Source of the DNA: Octopus vulgaris
Lineage: Eukaryota
NCBI GenBank assembly: GCA_951406725.2
Contig: OX597818.1
Location: 136,214,001 to 136,278,000 of the forward strand
DNA length: 64,000 nucleotides
Direction: 5' to 3'
Shown here in pieces: positions 37,711 through 51,772 of the stretch; position 1 is the first letter of the stretch; every line of letters begins with the position of its first letter. The notes under the pieces were generated by a model that ran no database searches, was not told where the DNA came from, and worked only from the letters and a program-made list of their open reading frames with translations. The translations under genes and the position numbers were made by a program.

Positions 37711-38969
37711 CAGGGTGCGTAAAATATTTGAAGACAGATTTATGTTTATAAAAAATCAGATATATAATAACAGATAATAACATTATTTATCAAAAAATGC
37801 TATGAGGATAAAAAGAAGCCCTCTTTTCAAAAATGTGATTCAATAAAGCCATCTTCAGCTTCAACAGCTGCTTCTGTATGAGATCTAAATCATCTCCATG
37901 CTCGAATCAAGTGGTCCTGGTTCATTTTGTACATTACTCTGAATATGGCAGCTTTCAAAGAATCGTTGGTGTTATGGAGGTCTTCATTGACTTCTCTCTC
38001 AACAATGCTCCACATGTAATAGTCCAATGGATTGAGATCTGGGGAATTAGGAAACCAAATATTAGGGGTTATGTGATCATGGAAGTTTTCAGCCATCCAT
38101 TCCTGTGTTACTAGAGCCATGTGTGATAGTGCAGAGTCTTACTGAAACATATGGCTTTCCATTGCATTCACTGTCTATACAGGGCTTAACAATTATTTCC
38201 GGGACCTCAGTGTAGGTGGCAGAGTTAACTCTAAGGCCTTGTGGAAAGAAGGAGGCATCACATGCCCTTCATTACTGACAACCCCAAAAGGCATGACAGT
38301 TGCAGGAAATTTTGTATGCATAACACTTGGAACTTCAGAAGTGACTGCACATAACCATCTGTCATTTCTTCTTTTAAGTTTTTGATCTTGGTTGAAGTTT
38401 TTCTCGTTTGAGCAAATCAAATCAAATCTTCTTCTGCTGGATTTTTCAGTTTGTCTAAGAGTCTTTTAGATCTGATGTAGTGATTTTCTTTTGCTTTTTC
38501 TGACAAATTGACCTTTCCTCATCATATAAGACTTATATATGGTGTCTTCATGGACAATATTTCTGACTGTTCCTTCTGACACATGGAGATCTTTTGCAGT
38601 TGACCTCTTGGACCTTCTGGGATTGTAATCAATGGTCTGTTGAACTTGCTGGATAAATTCAGGTGTTCTGATGATTTCATAGTGTTTAGAATGCTTTTTA
38701 TGCTTTGCTGCTGGTGATACGTTTCCATCTTCAGTCTCTAGCTCCTTACAAACTTTGTAGACGAAAGATCTGGCAACTTTTTAAAATCAAGATATTTCTA
38801 AATCACTATACTCAGCCTTTATAACCACAATAACAGCATGCCTTTTTCATCTCTTGAGTAAGCTGAGGATCTGCCATTATTATTTTCTGAAACAAAGATT
38901 ATACAGGGTTAGCAAAAAATGCAGCAATGACCCAAAAAAGGTGTGTCCTCAAATACCTTACGCACTCTG
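37711..38969 (-). mobile_element. Tc1/mariner superfamily element (maT/DD37D-like), full-length decayed copy
   Basis: TIRs cagggtgcgtaaaatatttgaagaca / tgtcctcaaataccttacgcactctg flanked by TA; transposase remnants SNEKNFNQDQ..RRNDRWL..VMHTKFPATVM.FGVVSNEGHVMPP and IWFPNSPDLNPLDYYMW. Confidence 0.9.
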
Positions 38970-38982
38970 TATATGTATATAT

Positions 38983-39345
38983 TCTTTTGTTGGTTTCAGT
39001 CATTTAACTGTGGCCATGCTGGAGCACCACCTTTAGTTGAACAAATCAACCCAAGGACTTATTCTTTGTTAGAGTAGTACTTATTCTATCAGTCTCTTTA
39101 GCCAAACTGCCAAGTTATGAGGACGTAAACACACCAACATCAGTTGTCAAGTGATGGTTAGGGGACAGACACAGACACACAGACATATATATATGATGGG
39201 CTTCTTTCAGTTTCCATCCTCCACATCCACATACAAAGCTTTGGTCAGCCCAAGGCTATAGTAGAAGACACTTGCCCAAGGTGCCACATTGTGGGACTGA
39301 ACTCGGAACCATGTGGTTGGGAAGCAAGCTTCTTACCACACAGTC
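38983..39345 (-). mobile_element. SINE family A
   Basis: Reverse complement of the family A pattern. Confidence 0.85.
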
Positions 39346-39675
39346 ACACTTATATGTATGTATGTATGCTTATATATATGTATATGTTTGTACATGTGTG
39401 TTTGTATGTATGTGATTATGTGTACCCCTGTCTCAACATTGTGTGATGTTTTTAAATGAGCATCACCATAATACAAACAAGATATTCTGTGAAAAATATA
39501 TCTGGCCAAGGAGAAATAAGTGAGTGTTGGTGACAGGAAGGGCATCCAGCTATAGATGAATTGGCCTCAATAAATTCTATTTAACCCATGCAAGGAAAGA
39601 AAAGTGGATGTTAAATGATGATGAAGATGGTGAATTGGTAATACTGCAATATGAAGGTTCTTCTACTTCTAAATT

Positions 39676-39760
<85 letters not shown>

Positions 39761-39762
<2 letters not shown>

Positions 39763-39916
39763 CACTCTCGGAGTGGTTGGCATTAGGAAGGGCATCCAGC
39801 TGTATGCCAGATCTGACTGGCCTGGTGCAGCCTTCGGGCTCCCAGACCCCAGTTGATCCAACCCATGCTAGCATGGAAAACGGACGCTAAATGAATGATG
39901 ATGATGATGATGATGA
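39761..39916 (+). mobile_element. Family D element 3' part between (TTA)n tracts
   Basis: Tail block and (GAT)n. Confidence 0.82.
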
Positions 39917-39934
39917 TTATTATTATTATTATTA

Positions 39935-39986
<52 letters not shown>

Positions 39987-40014
39987 TATTATTATTATCA
40001 TTATTATTATACCA

Positions 40015-40345
40015 TTGTACTTTTCAGAGAGCTCTTGATTTTACTTGCTCCAGTTAATTCTGTGAGAGTGGACAGTAACCTGTTGTCAAAGGTCTCACAG
40101 GATCTCTTTCCATGATATTTAACACCCAAGTACAAACCTCAAAATCTTAGCTGTCCTCAATGGCGCAGATTTTTGAACATGTTCTATCCTCATGTCAGTT
40201 CCAGTTTCTCTAACATATTTCTCCTCTAACTTAGTTTTTAGTGCTCCCAGTACTTCTGCAACTTCTGGGATGACAATTTCTCTCTTCATTGCTCACTTTC
40301 TTGTAATTTCATCTTTTAGTAACTTGTATTTTTCTATCTTTTGCA
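40015..40345 (-). mobile_element. RLE-type (R4/Dong-like) LINE 3' end
   Basis: KIEKYKLLKDEITRK..IVIPEVAEVLGAL...VQKSAPLRTAKILRFVLG, then a (TAA)n tract. Confidence 0.7.
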
Positions 40346-40364
40346 AAATGTTATTGAGGATAGT

Positions 40365-40850
40365 AGCACCACCTTCCTTTGGCCGTGAAGGGCAAGCTGT
40401 TTTTCTTTGCCTGGTGGCCTTAGTGAAAGAGGTTGTGTGGTAGACCAGATTGAAAGTGTTACAGAGAGGTATTTTACTCTTTGGCCAAGCCCCCCTCAAC
40501 TTTTTCAAGTTTCACTTGAAAAGAAAAGTGAGGGTGGAGAGGGAAGTTCAAAAGGGGGGGGGGGGTGAATGTCGCAAGAATGGCCCGAGTGAAAGGGCCT
40601 ACTCTAAGTATGTGCCTGTAGACAAAGTGGAAAAGGCACTTACGCTGGTGGTCTTGCCCTGTTGTGGAATTGTGGGGTTTTCACGGGCAGTCCTAGGAGG
40701 TTTCCCTCTTTTGGGGAGTTTTGTTATAATTGATTATTGTTTTTGTTTTTCATTGTTTACACGACTTTCATGTAACCCCCACATTGAATTTGTCCTGTGT
40801 TGTCCATAACACTTTTTTTATGTAAACCCTTTGTGGTTAATAAAGAAATA
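40365..40850 (+). mobile_element. L1/Tx1-like LINE 3' end, related to 31270-32585
   Basis: PPSFGREGQAVFLCLVALVKEVVW*TRLK..GQ is homologous to PSSLSGERKACFYCVVATLKETVWKTRVK..GQ; ends with aataaa. Confidence 0.75.
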
Positions 40851-40951
40851 ATCATTATTATCATTATTGTTATTACTATCATTTATGGGTTTTTCTTCTT
40901 CTTTCATATTTGCTTCCATTTCTTGCCGAGTGTCTTCCCGACTCCTAGGGC

Positions 40952-41003
<52 letters not shown>

Positions 41004-41528
41004 TAAAGCAGCAAGCTGGCAGAATCATTCAAACACTAAGCAAAATGCGTAGCAGTACTTCTTCCATCTCTACATTCTGAGTTCAAATTCTATCCAGGTC
41101 AACTTCTGGAGTTGATAAAGCAAATACCAGTTGATTACTGGAGTTGTTGCAATCAATTTACCTCCTCCTCTGAACTTGCTGGCCTTGTGTCAAAATTTGA
41201 AACCGTTATCCTCCTCCTTCTCCTCTTCCTGCCTCCTCATATGCCCTGAGTCTGACTATACTTGGTGCTCCCGTTTCTAATGTATTCCAGTCTTCTCTCT
41301 CCCTGTTCTTAATTAGTTCAGAACTATTAAATGAAGAACTTCTTGAAGACCAATCTGATATGAGCAGAGAACTTATTGCAGATGTTTGGAAGAATATTCA
41401 AGATATGTAGCATGCATATATATATTATATATTATATATATATCTGCATATACTTACATGTGTACATGCCATATATACATATATAAATACATGCATGTAT
41501 ACATATGTACACACATGTATATATACAA

Positions 41529-41563
<35 letters not shown>

Positions 41564-41961
41564 TTACAACATCTGATAGCCTGGTGGTCACATATCACGA
41601 TATATATATATATATATATATATACATACACACACATGTATACATAGACTATACATATATACACATTTGTCCCTAAACATGTACATAGACATATACTTAT
41701 GTAAATACAAGTGTACATGCATATATACATTTATACATATATGCACATGTATATATATATATACATATACACATACATATTTACAGATGTACACATATTA
41801 ATGTACATGCACATACACATACATGCATTCATATATACATACATACACATGCACATTAAAAAAATGCATGCATACAAATATATGTATACATATACATATA
41901 TCGACATATATACAGTAGTACTTCAGTTTTCAAACAACTCTGATCAAGAATAACTTGTGCT

Positions 41962-41962
<1 letters not shown>

Positions 41963-42033
<71 letters not shown>
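41963..42033. repeat. (TATC)n tetranucleotide microsatellite
   Basis: Directly visible. Confidence 0.97.
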
Positions 42034-42034
<1 letters not shown>

Positions 42035-42342
42035 ACGTGATCACGTGACCGACCAGGCTATCAGATGTTACTACACACTGCTGGTCACAATGCGCTTCGC
42101 ATTGTTTTAGCCTTCAAATGATGCCATCCCGCTGGCTAAGCGAGCAGGCCAACAGATGAAAGAGTGAGAGAAAGTTGCGGCGAATGAGTACAGCAGGGGT
42201 CGCCACCACCCCCTGCCGGAGCCTCGTGTGGCTTTAGGTGTTTTCGCTCAATAAACACTCACAACGCCCGGTCTGGGAATTGAAACCGCGATCCTACGAC
42301 TGCGAGACCGCTGCCCTAACCACTGGGCCATTGCGCCTCCAC
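42034..42342 (-). mobile_element. SINE with family B head and alternative 3' module (also at 1-90 and ~9175-9280)
   Basis: 42160-42342 matches the family B head; 42034-42140 is the reverse complement of window positions 1-90. Confidence 0.85.
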
Positions 42343-42923
42343 ATATATATATATATATATATATGTTGTTTGAAAACTGAGGTACTACTGTATATATATC
42401 TATACATGCATTCATTCATTCACATGTATGTACATATACATACACATACAAACATGCACACATATGCATACACATCTATACATTTACAAAACATGCACAT
42501 GCATACACGCACACACACATGTACACCCATATTTGCACTCACGTACTCACACATGCACACAGATGTTTATAGACGCTGCCACCGACGACATCCACAAAGG
42601 AAACATTCAGAAGTGAAATGGAAGAAAGTAAGGAGTTAAGTGGAATATTTTTTCTCAGGGGGATACAGAAAATATAATTTTAGGGGGAAACATCAGAGAA
42701 TGATGGATAAGGTGTTGTAAGGTTGAAATAGAGACAGCACGAAGTAGAGAAGGTGATAGCATGTAAAATGGCAAAGGAGTTTCACTGACAATAGAGGAAT
42801 ATTAATTATGCTTAGCAATGGAATAAATAATATGAGGAACATAACGATATTTATTTTGTAAACTTCACAATTCTTTAAAGGAAATGTTATTTAAATACAC
42901 TGTATATCTGTTTGAATTTCTGC

Positions 42924-43128
42924 ATGTGTATGTGTGCATGTATGCATGTATGTATGTATGTATGTATGTATGTATGTATGTATGTATGTATGTATGTATG
43001 TATGTATGTATGTATGTATGTATGTATGTATGTATGTATGTATGTGTGTATGTGTGTGTATGTGTGTATGTATGTATGTATGTATGTATGTATGTATGTG
43101 TGTGTGTATGTATGTATGTATGTATGTA

Positions 43129-43159
<31 letters not shown>

Positions 43160-43672
43160 ATGTATGTATGTATGTATGCATGTACGTGCGTATGTATGTA
43201 TGTATGTATGTATGTATGTATATATATGTATGTATGTATGTATGTGTGTGTATGTATGTGTGTGTATGTATGTGTGTATGTATGTGTGTATGTATGTATG
43301 TGTGTATGTATGTATGTGTGTATGTATGTGTGTGTGTATGTATGTATGTATGTATGTATGTATGTGTGTATGTATTTATGTATGTATGTATGTATATACG
43401 TATGTATGTATGTATGTGTGTATGTATGTGTGTATGTGTGTATGTACGTGTGTGTATGTATGTATGTATTTACGTATGTATGTATGTATATATGTATGTG
43501 TGCATGTATGTATGTGTGTGTGTATGTATGTATTTATGTATGTATGTATATGTGCATGCATTTGGGTATGTGTATTGTGTGTGTATTATGTATGTATGTA
43601 TGTATGTTTGTGTGTGTGTATGAAAGAGAAAGAGTGTGTGTATACATGCGTGTGTGTATGTATGTATACATA
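42924..43672. repeat. (TATG)n/(TG)n microsatellite, ~750 bp
   Basis: Directly visible. Confidence 0.97.
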
Positions 43673-43892
43673 TAAGAATGTATGGAATCTGAGTGCTTTA
43701 TTGATATCTGCCTGGAGTTTTCAATCCAATTTGTTCTTATTATATACAAGAATATATAAAATGTAGAAATGCACACCCTCACGCACATGCATGCACACAC
43801 ACACACACACACACATACACACAAATGCTTAATGAAACACCCACAGACACATACAGAAATGTGTAAACATGTCTTTTGTTGTATTTGTCAAC

Positions 43893-44291
43893 GGCTGTGT
43901 GGTGAGTAGCTTGTTTACCAACCACATGGTTCCGGGTTCAGTCCCACTGCGTGGCACCTTGGGCAAGTGTCTTCTACTATAGCCCCGGGCCGACCAAAGC
44001 CTTGTGAGTGGATTTGGTAGACGGAAACTGAAAGAAGCCCGTCGTATATATGTATATATATGTGTGTGTGTGTGCGTGTATGTTTGTGTGTCTGTGTTTG
44101 TCCCCTTGGCATTGCTTGACAACCGATGCCGGTGTGTTTATGTCCCCGTCACTTAGCGGTTCGGCAAAAGAGACTGATAGAATAAGTACTGGGCTTACAA
44201 AGAATAAGTCCCGGGGTCGAGTTGCTCGATTAAAAGTGGTGCTCCAGCATGGCCGCAGTCAAATGACTGAAACAAGTAAATGAGTAAAAGA
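43893..44291 (+). mobile_element. SINE family A
   Basis: Family A pattern. Confidence 0.92.
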
Positions 44292-44409
44292 AGCTCCATG
44301 TCAGATGAAAATAGTGTTTAAAAAAATTTTAGCTTCCATCATTTTACACTGACTTCTGAGGCAGACTGAGACGACCTTCTTAACATTAAGATAAAGTATA
44401 TATTGCACA

Positions 44410-45078
44410 CAGTGCTGGATTAACCATTAAGCAAAATAAGCATGTGCTTAGGGCATCAAGGGAAGGAGGGGGGGAACCACAGAAATGGTAAATGGTTTAT
44501 GGCACAAAAGAAATCACTTTAAACATGCTAAAATAATATTTGGGATGTCTTTATCTCCACTAAGTATAAATGCAGATGTGTTACCTAAGATTAATTTTGA
44601 GGATCTAATCAAAGACTTTGTTTTCCAAAAAAGTAGGAAGAGACTTTTCCAATACAAATAAAGTGGAAATATACAAAAATAAACATTATTTTCCCTCTTA
44701 CTATTTTGTTTTATTTTGAAAAATAAAAATTTATTTTATGGTTTGTTATTGTTTATATTACATAATCTTAAGGCGGCGAGCTGGCAGAAATGTTAGCATG
44801 CCGGGCGAAATGCTTAGCTGTATTTCGTCTGTCATTACGTTCTGAGTTCAAATTCCGTCGAGGTTGACTTTGCCTTTCATCCTTTCGGGGTTGATAAATA
44901 AAGTACCTGTTTCGCACTGGGGTCGATATAATCGACTTATTCTGTGTTTCTGTCCTTGTTTGTCCCCTCTATGTTTACCCCTTGTGGGCAGCAAAGAAAT
45001 ATATATTACGTAATCTTTTATGGGGGCACCAAAATCTTTTAAGTGCTTTGGGCCTTGATGTGTCTTAACCCGGCCCTG
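44410..45078 (+). mobile_element. hAT deletion derivative with a nested family C SINE (44771-45000)
   Basis: TIRs cagtgctggattaa / ttaacccggccctg; 8-bp TSD attgcaca / gttgcaca; internal LSINADVLPKINFEDLIKDFVFQKSRK resembles the hAT transposase C-terminus. Confidence 0.8.
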
Positions 45079-46158
45079 GTTGCACATACTGGTGCACAAC
45101 TGTGACGGAACTAACTTAACACAGAAAAGTAATTGTTAACACAGAAGTCAAACTGCTGAAACAGAATAGCATTTTTGAAATAAAAGAGAAAAAAATCACC
45201 TGCTGACGAGATAAGGTATTGATTCAGTTGGCTTACTTTAGCAGTTTGTGAATGGAGAAGACAGGTACAGCAAGCACCTGTACATGTGTGTATGTGTGTA
45301 TGTGTGTGTGTGTGTTTGAGGTGGAGGAGTGGGAATGTCAAGGTGAAGGAATAAAATGAAACTGTTTATTAGGAAGGTAACTACAACTGCAGGCTGACAC
45401 TGATGATACCTGAGTAAGTCAACAATTATAAAAGCATCTGTGAAGGATGTAACGGGATATTACTGTAAAATACAACAATGAACCAGTTGAATCATTGACA
45501 TTTGCTGGGATTAGAAGTCTTGTCTGATACAGTCTCTCTTTGTCTGTCTGTCTGTCTCTCCATTTCTCTCTCCCCCTCTCCCTTACTTTCTCTTCCTCTG
45601 TCTACGTTAATGTATATTGTTATGTGATAAGTATCTTCATGTTATTATTACTATTGCTAGTATGTATTTTAAAAAAAAATTATTTATTCATAGGTGCAGG
45701 CAGTGGCAGACTGGCCAGGTTGCCAGCTTGCCCGATGGCAAGTGGGCCCCTGCACCCATATATGAATCCATATATGGAGGCCCATGTTAGTATCTAAGGG
45801 GCCCATCCCCTCAAGTTTGAGAATTTTTTTATTCATTCCTGCAAGAATGCATTATTTCAGCCTGGATTTGTTTGTAGACACATTATTTAATGTGTCTTTC
45901 CTTGTAATTTTTTCAGAGAGAAATGTGATGATTTTTAGGGAGATTTAGTTACTATTTCTAGCAGATAGTTTACTTCTGTTTCTCAGGCCTCTGTTGGATG
46001 GGGTCGATCATCCATTTGCATCTGTACAGGCAGGTCTGCACAAGGTTCTTTTGTGGAAGACTAGCAGTATTTATGCCTCTCCTCTGCATGCCACTGACGA
46101 TGTTTAAGAGAAAGCAAGGTAGGAGCTGATGTGGAATAGCATCCGTCTCATCAAAGGC

Positions 46159-46610
46159 ATCATCATCATCATCATCATCATCATGATTTAACATAAGTTT
46201 TCCATGCTGGCATGGGTTAGATGGTTTCACTGGAACTGGTAAACTGGAGGGCTGCACCAAGTTCCAGTCTGATTTTGGCTTGGTTTCTATGGCTGGATGC
46301 CCTTCCTAATGCCAACCACTTCAAGGGTGTAATGGGTGCTTTTTACATGCCACTGGCATGGGTGCTAATTTATATGACACCAGAAACAGCCATGACTATG
46401 ATTTCACTTGGCTCGACGAGTCTTCTCAAGCATAGCATATCACCAAAGGTCTCAGTTACTTCTCATCGCCTCCATGAGGCCCGACATTCGAAGATCATGC
46501 AACCGGCAACAGCCATGATTACAATTTCATGCATGCCATTCATATGACACTGGCAATGACCATGACTATGGTTTCACTTGGCATGATGAGTCTTCTCAAG
46601 CATAGCATGT
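46159..46610 (-). mobile_element. Family D element, with a family B-head SINE variant inserted at ~46612-46910
   Basis: Tail block; duplicated gccatgactatgatttcacttggc module; caagcatag repeated either side of the insert. Confidence 0.75.
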
Positions 46611-47664
46611 TTGTTCCTTGTCGAGTCACGCCTAGCTCATAAGGGCTGGTTTCCCAGTTTCCTTGGCTTATAGGGTCCCCACCTGGACGGGACGCTGGTC
46701 CATCGCAGGTGAGCTGCAAGATGCAGGAGGAAAGAGTGAGAGAAAGTTGTGGCGAAAGAGTCAGCAGAAGTTCACCATTACCTTCTGCCAGAGCCGCATG
46801 GTGCTTAGGTGTTTCACTCATAAACACACGCATCGCCCAGTCTGAAAATTCGAACCCGTGATCCCTCAACCGCGAGTCTGCTGCTCTAACCACTAGGCCA
46901 TGTGCCTCCACAAGCATAGTATGTCAGAACACCAAGAGCCAGAACGCATACCAAAAGGTGATTAGTCCACATTACTCTATAAGGACCATAGGGCCAGTTT
47001 CCTGGTTTCTCTGGGCTGTATATATCCATCCCCTGTGGATAGGACGCTGGTTTGTTGCAGGATTACTCATTTTTAACAGCTGAGTAGACTGGAGCAGCAT
47101 GAAATGAAGTGTTTTGCTCATGAACACAATACATCATCTGGTCCAGGAATCGAAACCACAATCTTTCGATCAAGAGTCTAACATCCTAACCACTAAGCCA
47201 TGTGCCTCCATGTATCAAAAGGTTAGCTCTACTCAGTTGGGCTAACCTAGAATTAAGTAACAACAATACCAACATACAATTCTTTTATTTTTTATTCTTT
47301 TACTTATTTCAGTCATTTGACTGTGGCCATGCTGGAGCACTGCCTTGAAGGGTTTTAGTCAAACAGATTGACTCCAAGACTTATTTCTTCAAAGCCTAGC
47401 ACTTATTCTATCTGCCTCTTTTGCGAAACCACTAAGTTACAGAGACTTAAACACACCAATACCAGTTGTCAAGTAGTGATAGAGGGTACAAACACAGACT
47501 TAAAGACACACACACAAACAGTTCTGCTAATCTACCGCCCTGGATCGGTACCTTTTTTACTCTTCAACTCTGAAAAAGATGGTAGGTAGAATTTGAGCTT
47601 AGGGCCCAGAGAATGCTGTACTGACTCTGCCAACTTGTTTTGCTCCTCTGTTCTGTTGCATGAG

Positions 47665-48285
47665 TATAGGTACAAATGTGGTTATGTGATTAAGAAGTTT
47701 GCTTCCCAACCAAATGGTTGTGGGTTCAGTCCCATTGTGTGATACCTTGGGTAAGTGTCTTCTACAATAGCTATTTCTTTACTACCCACAAGAGGCTAAA
47801 CACAGAGGGGACAAACAAGGACAGACATAGGTATTAAGTCGATTACATCGACCCCAGTGCGTAACTGGCACTTAATTTATCGACCCCGAAAGGATGAAAG
47901 GCAAAGTCGACCTCGGCGGAATTTGAACTCACAACGTAACGACAAGCGAAATACCGTTAAGCATTTTGCCCGGCGTGCTAACGTTTCTGCCAGCTCTCCG
48001 CCTTATTGTCTTCTACAATAGCGCTAGGCCAACCAATGCTTTGTAAGTGGATTTGGTAGAGACAAAGTGTGTGGAAGTCAGTCATGTGTGTGTCATTGTG
48101 TTTGTGTTTGTTCTGCCCCACTACTTGAAAACTGGTGTTGGTTTGTTTGCATCCCCATAACATAGCAGTTTGGCAAAAGAATGATGTAATAAGTACCAGA
48201 CTTAAACAAATAAGTACTACGATCAATTTATTTCACTAAACCCTTTAAAGCAATGCTCCAACATGTCTGCAGTCCAAAGAGAGAA
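47665..48285 (+). mobile_element. Old family A SINE interrupted by a young family C SINE (47772-48004, -)
   Basis: 16-bp TSD tgtcttctacaatagc at 47756-47771 and 48007-48022. Confidence 0.88.
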
Positions 48286-49260
48286 ACAGTGAATAAATGG
48301 AAGAGAAAATGAAAGATTTCAACTCAGAATGACCTCTTGTCAGAGAAATACTCCATTGCAAAAGGTGAAACAGAAATGTAATTACTCAGAGAATTGAACA
48401 CATAAATAAATAAAACTTTTTATTGTTACTCAGCTAACTTGCTGGAGTCGATAAGAGAAGTATAAATATTATCCTGAAATCAGTTAAATGATTGCAACTA
48501 AAGTTCTACAAAAAAATCTTAGCATTTCTTCCTTTATCTATACTCTTTACTCTTTTACTCTTTTACTTGTTTCAGTCATTTGAATGTGGTCATGCAGGAG
48601 CACCGCCTTTAGTCAAGCAACTCGATCCCAGGACTTTTTCTGTGTAAGCCTAGTACTTATTCTATTGGTCTCTTTTAAAGTCTCTAATAAATCTCTGTTT
48701 AGCTGGATCTATATAGAAAGAAAAAAAAAAACATGATACCTTTCATAATATAGAATGTTTTTCCATGAATGAAAAACCCAAATGGAGATAATGGTGTTAA
48801 ATAAACCGAAACCTTGCTAAAGGGAAACTGCAAAATGAGGAGACCCATGTAAATCGAGGGACAACTGTACTTAAATTTTCAGACCCAACCAACCTGCATG
48901 GAATAAAAAAGTTTAACACTTTAGCATTCAGATTACTCTATCGAATGTAATGCTTATTTGTCCACATTGTTTTAAACTGATCATGCATTGTATCATAATT
49001 ATCAAGATTCCAATGATGTGATTGTTTATTTTTCAAATGATATTGTTGGGTAGGTAGCTAGAAATACTGCCAAGTGTCCCCTCAAATTATATCCAACCTT
49101 CTTGAAGAATGATAGTGCTGTGCAGAATAAACCATTCCTAAAAAGAAGACTGGATGGTCATGACTGGTATGCTTTTCATTGCAGGTTTTCCCAAGGAAAG
49201 TTGACTTGGGGCTAAACAACAACAAAAATGATACATGGTCATTCAGTCTGCTAGAAATAG

Positions 49261-49785
49261 TACCGTAAATCCTTGAGTATAGTCTGCCCTTGAGTATAAT
49301 ACGCAGGGGATTTTTAGAGGGCTGTACCTCTGAAAAACCTAAACCTTGTGCATAATACGAACCCCTTCTCTAACTTGAGTCAAGGAGGTCTATATAACGT
49401 CCTTGGTTTGTAAAAATGTATACGGTAACGTCCTTTATTATTATTGTATATATAACCTAATGCAAACGTGTAGCTTTTTTGTGTATTTTGTTTGCAGAAA
49501 ATAAAGAAATAACAATAATAACAGTAATAACGTTTAATACATGTTGTTTACTGCAAGTTATGGATTATTCTTATATGACTTCATTGTTTTCAGGCTTAGC
49601 TTAAGGTATTTTTGCGCCTGACATCACAAAATGCGTCTGAATAAACATTGTTGGACAGCAAATAGAGACTCGGACATTGCTTAGAAAATAATTTTCATTT
49701 TAAACCTCGTATATAGTACGCACTTGGGATTTTGACCTTTAAATTTTGGGGAAAAAATGCGTATTATACTTGAGGATTTACGGTA
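49261..49785. mobile_element. TA-flanked MITE (pogo/Tigger-like)
   Basis: Ends taccgtaaatccttgagtata / tatacttgaggatttacggta; subterminal gtataatacg motifs. Confidence 0.8.
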
Positions 49786-49933
49786 ATCAAAGTCTTAAGT
49801 GTGGAAGAACACATTGGACACTGAAGCTTTAGATATACAAAAAGACAGGACGCTATGATTGTAATGTCTGCAATCATATATCAGCTCCATTTGGACTAAT
49901 TTGGGTCTAAACAACAGCCATTGAAAAATAACT

Positions 49934-50660
49934 ATCATCATCATCATCATCATCATCATTTAGCGTCCGCTTTCCATGCTAGCATGGGTTGGACGGTTCA
50001 ACTGGGGTCTGTGAAGCTGGAAGGCTTCGTCAGGCCCAGTCAGATCTGGCAGTGTTTCTACGGCTAGATGCCCTTCCTAACGCCAACCACTCCGTGAATG
50101 TAGTGGGTGCTTTTTACGTGCCAGACAGAGCTGGCAAACGGCCACGAATTGATGGTGCTTTTACGTGTCACCGGCACGGGGCCAGGCGATGCTGGCAACG
50201 GACACGAACGGATGGTGCTTTTTACGTGCTACCGGCACGGGGCCAGGCGATGCTGGCAACGGACACGAACGGATGGTGCTTTTTACGTGCTACCGGCACG
50301 GGGCCAGGCGATGCTGGCAACGGACACGAACGGATGGTGCTTTTTACGTGCTACCGGCACGGGGCCAGGCGATGCTGGCAACGGACACGAACGGATGGTG
50401 CTTTTTACGTGCTACCGGCACGGGGCCAGGCGATGCTGGCAACGGACACGAACGGATGGTGCTTTTTACGTGCTACCGGCACGGGGCCAGGCGATGCTGG
50501 CAACGGACACGAACGGATGGTGCTTTTTACGTGCTACCGGCACGGGGCCAGGCGATGCTGGCAACGGACACGAACGGATGGTGCTTTTTACGTGCTACCG
50601 GCACGGGGCCAGGCGATGCTGGCAACGGACACGAACGGATGGTGCTTTTTATGTGCCACT
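49934..50660 (-). mobile_element. Family D element with expanded 61-bp VNTR
   Basis: Tail block 49934-50120 followed by the tandem array. Confidence 0.88.
50151..50659. repeat. 61-bp GC-rich minisatellite, ~8 essentially identical units
   Basis: Unit gatggtgctttttacgtgctaccggcacggggccaggcgatgctggcaacggacacgaacg. Confidence 0.97.
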
Positions 50661-51317
50661 AACAAAATAAATAAATAAATAAACAATTAGATTCTTCGTT
50701 TCCAGAGTAGATGGTGATGGAGAAGCTACAAAACAATATTTCTTGAGAATTTCTGTATTCTCTCAGTAGCTGAACCAATAAAGAATATATAAATTAAAAA
50801 ACAAACAAACAAACACTGCAATCAATAATGAAGACGACATTGGTTATAGATGACAAATGAAATAAGAGAATCTAATAATCAAATAATCTAATCTACTTTA
50901 GAAAAATAGTTTTTTCCCCCTGGTGGTTGTTGATGGTGTTACAATGAGCCAGGAGTGACAACTCAGGTGTTTTGCAATTTCTTTATAACACTCACACTGC
51001 ACTTCACAAATAGACAGCTTGGAAATTAACTTTTTCAACAAACAGATAATTAGTACTACTAATTGATGCACTTGTAAGGTGTTAATGATTTGGTTTTAAT
51101 TTTTGTTCCCAAATGAGCATTCCAATAATCTGTTTCTTTTATTCGTTTTTTTTTGTTTGTTTTGCTAATTGATTTTCCACAAACGTTGTTTGAATTAGCA
51201 ACTCAGTGTGTGATGATAGATACCGCTTAACTAAATTCTCTAACCAAATCATTTTTAACAATAATAAGTTTATCACACACACATAAGAAAGTTCAGATTG
51301 CATATGAGTATGTTTGT

Positions 51318-51772
51318 GCATACATACATACATACATACATGCATACATACATGCATGCATACATACATACATGCATGCATACATACATACATACATGCA
51401 TGCATACATACATACATACATCATACACACATATATACATACATACATACATATATACATACATACATCATACACACATATATACATACATACATACATA
51501 CACACATACATACATACATACATACATACACACATACATACATACATACATACACACATATATACATACATACACACATATATACATACATACGTACACA
51601 CACACATACATACATACATGCATGCATACATACATACATACATGCATGCATGCATACATACATACATACATACACACATATATACATACACACACACATA
51701 TATAACACATACATACATACACACATACATACATACATACATACATACATACATACATACATACATACACAT
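51318..51772. repeat. (CATA)n microsatellite
   Basis: Directly visible. Confidence 0.97.

Noticed and set aside
42884-43766. Long YVCM/HTYI, poly-L/I/N and poly-A/T ORFs (also 23612-24254, 35207-35644, 51293-51841, 53875-54370)
   Set aside because: Stop-free translations of microsatellites.
45198-45280. Micro-exon candidates on either strand
   Set aside because: Splice-like motifs are present but there is no consistent frame, partner exon or recognisable protein.
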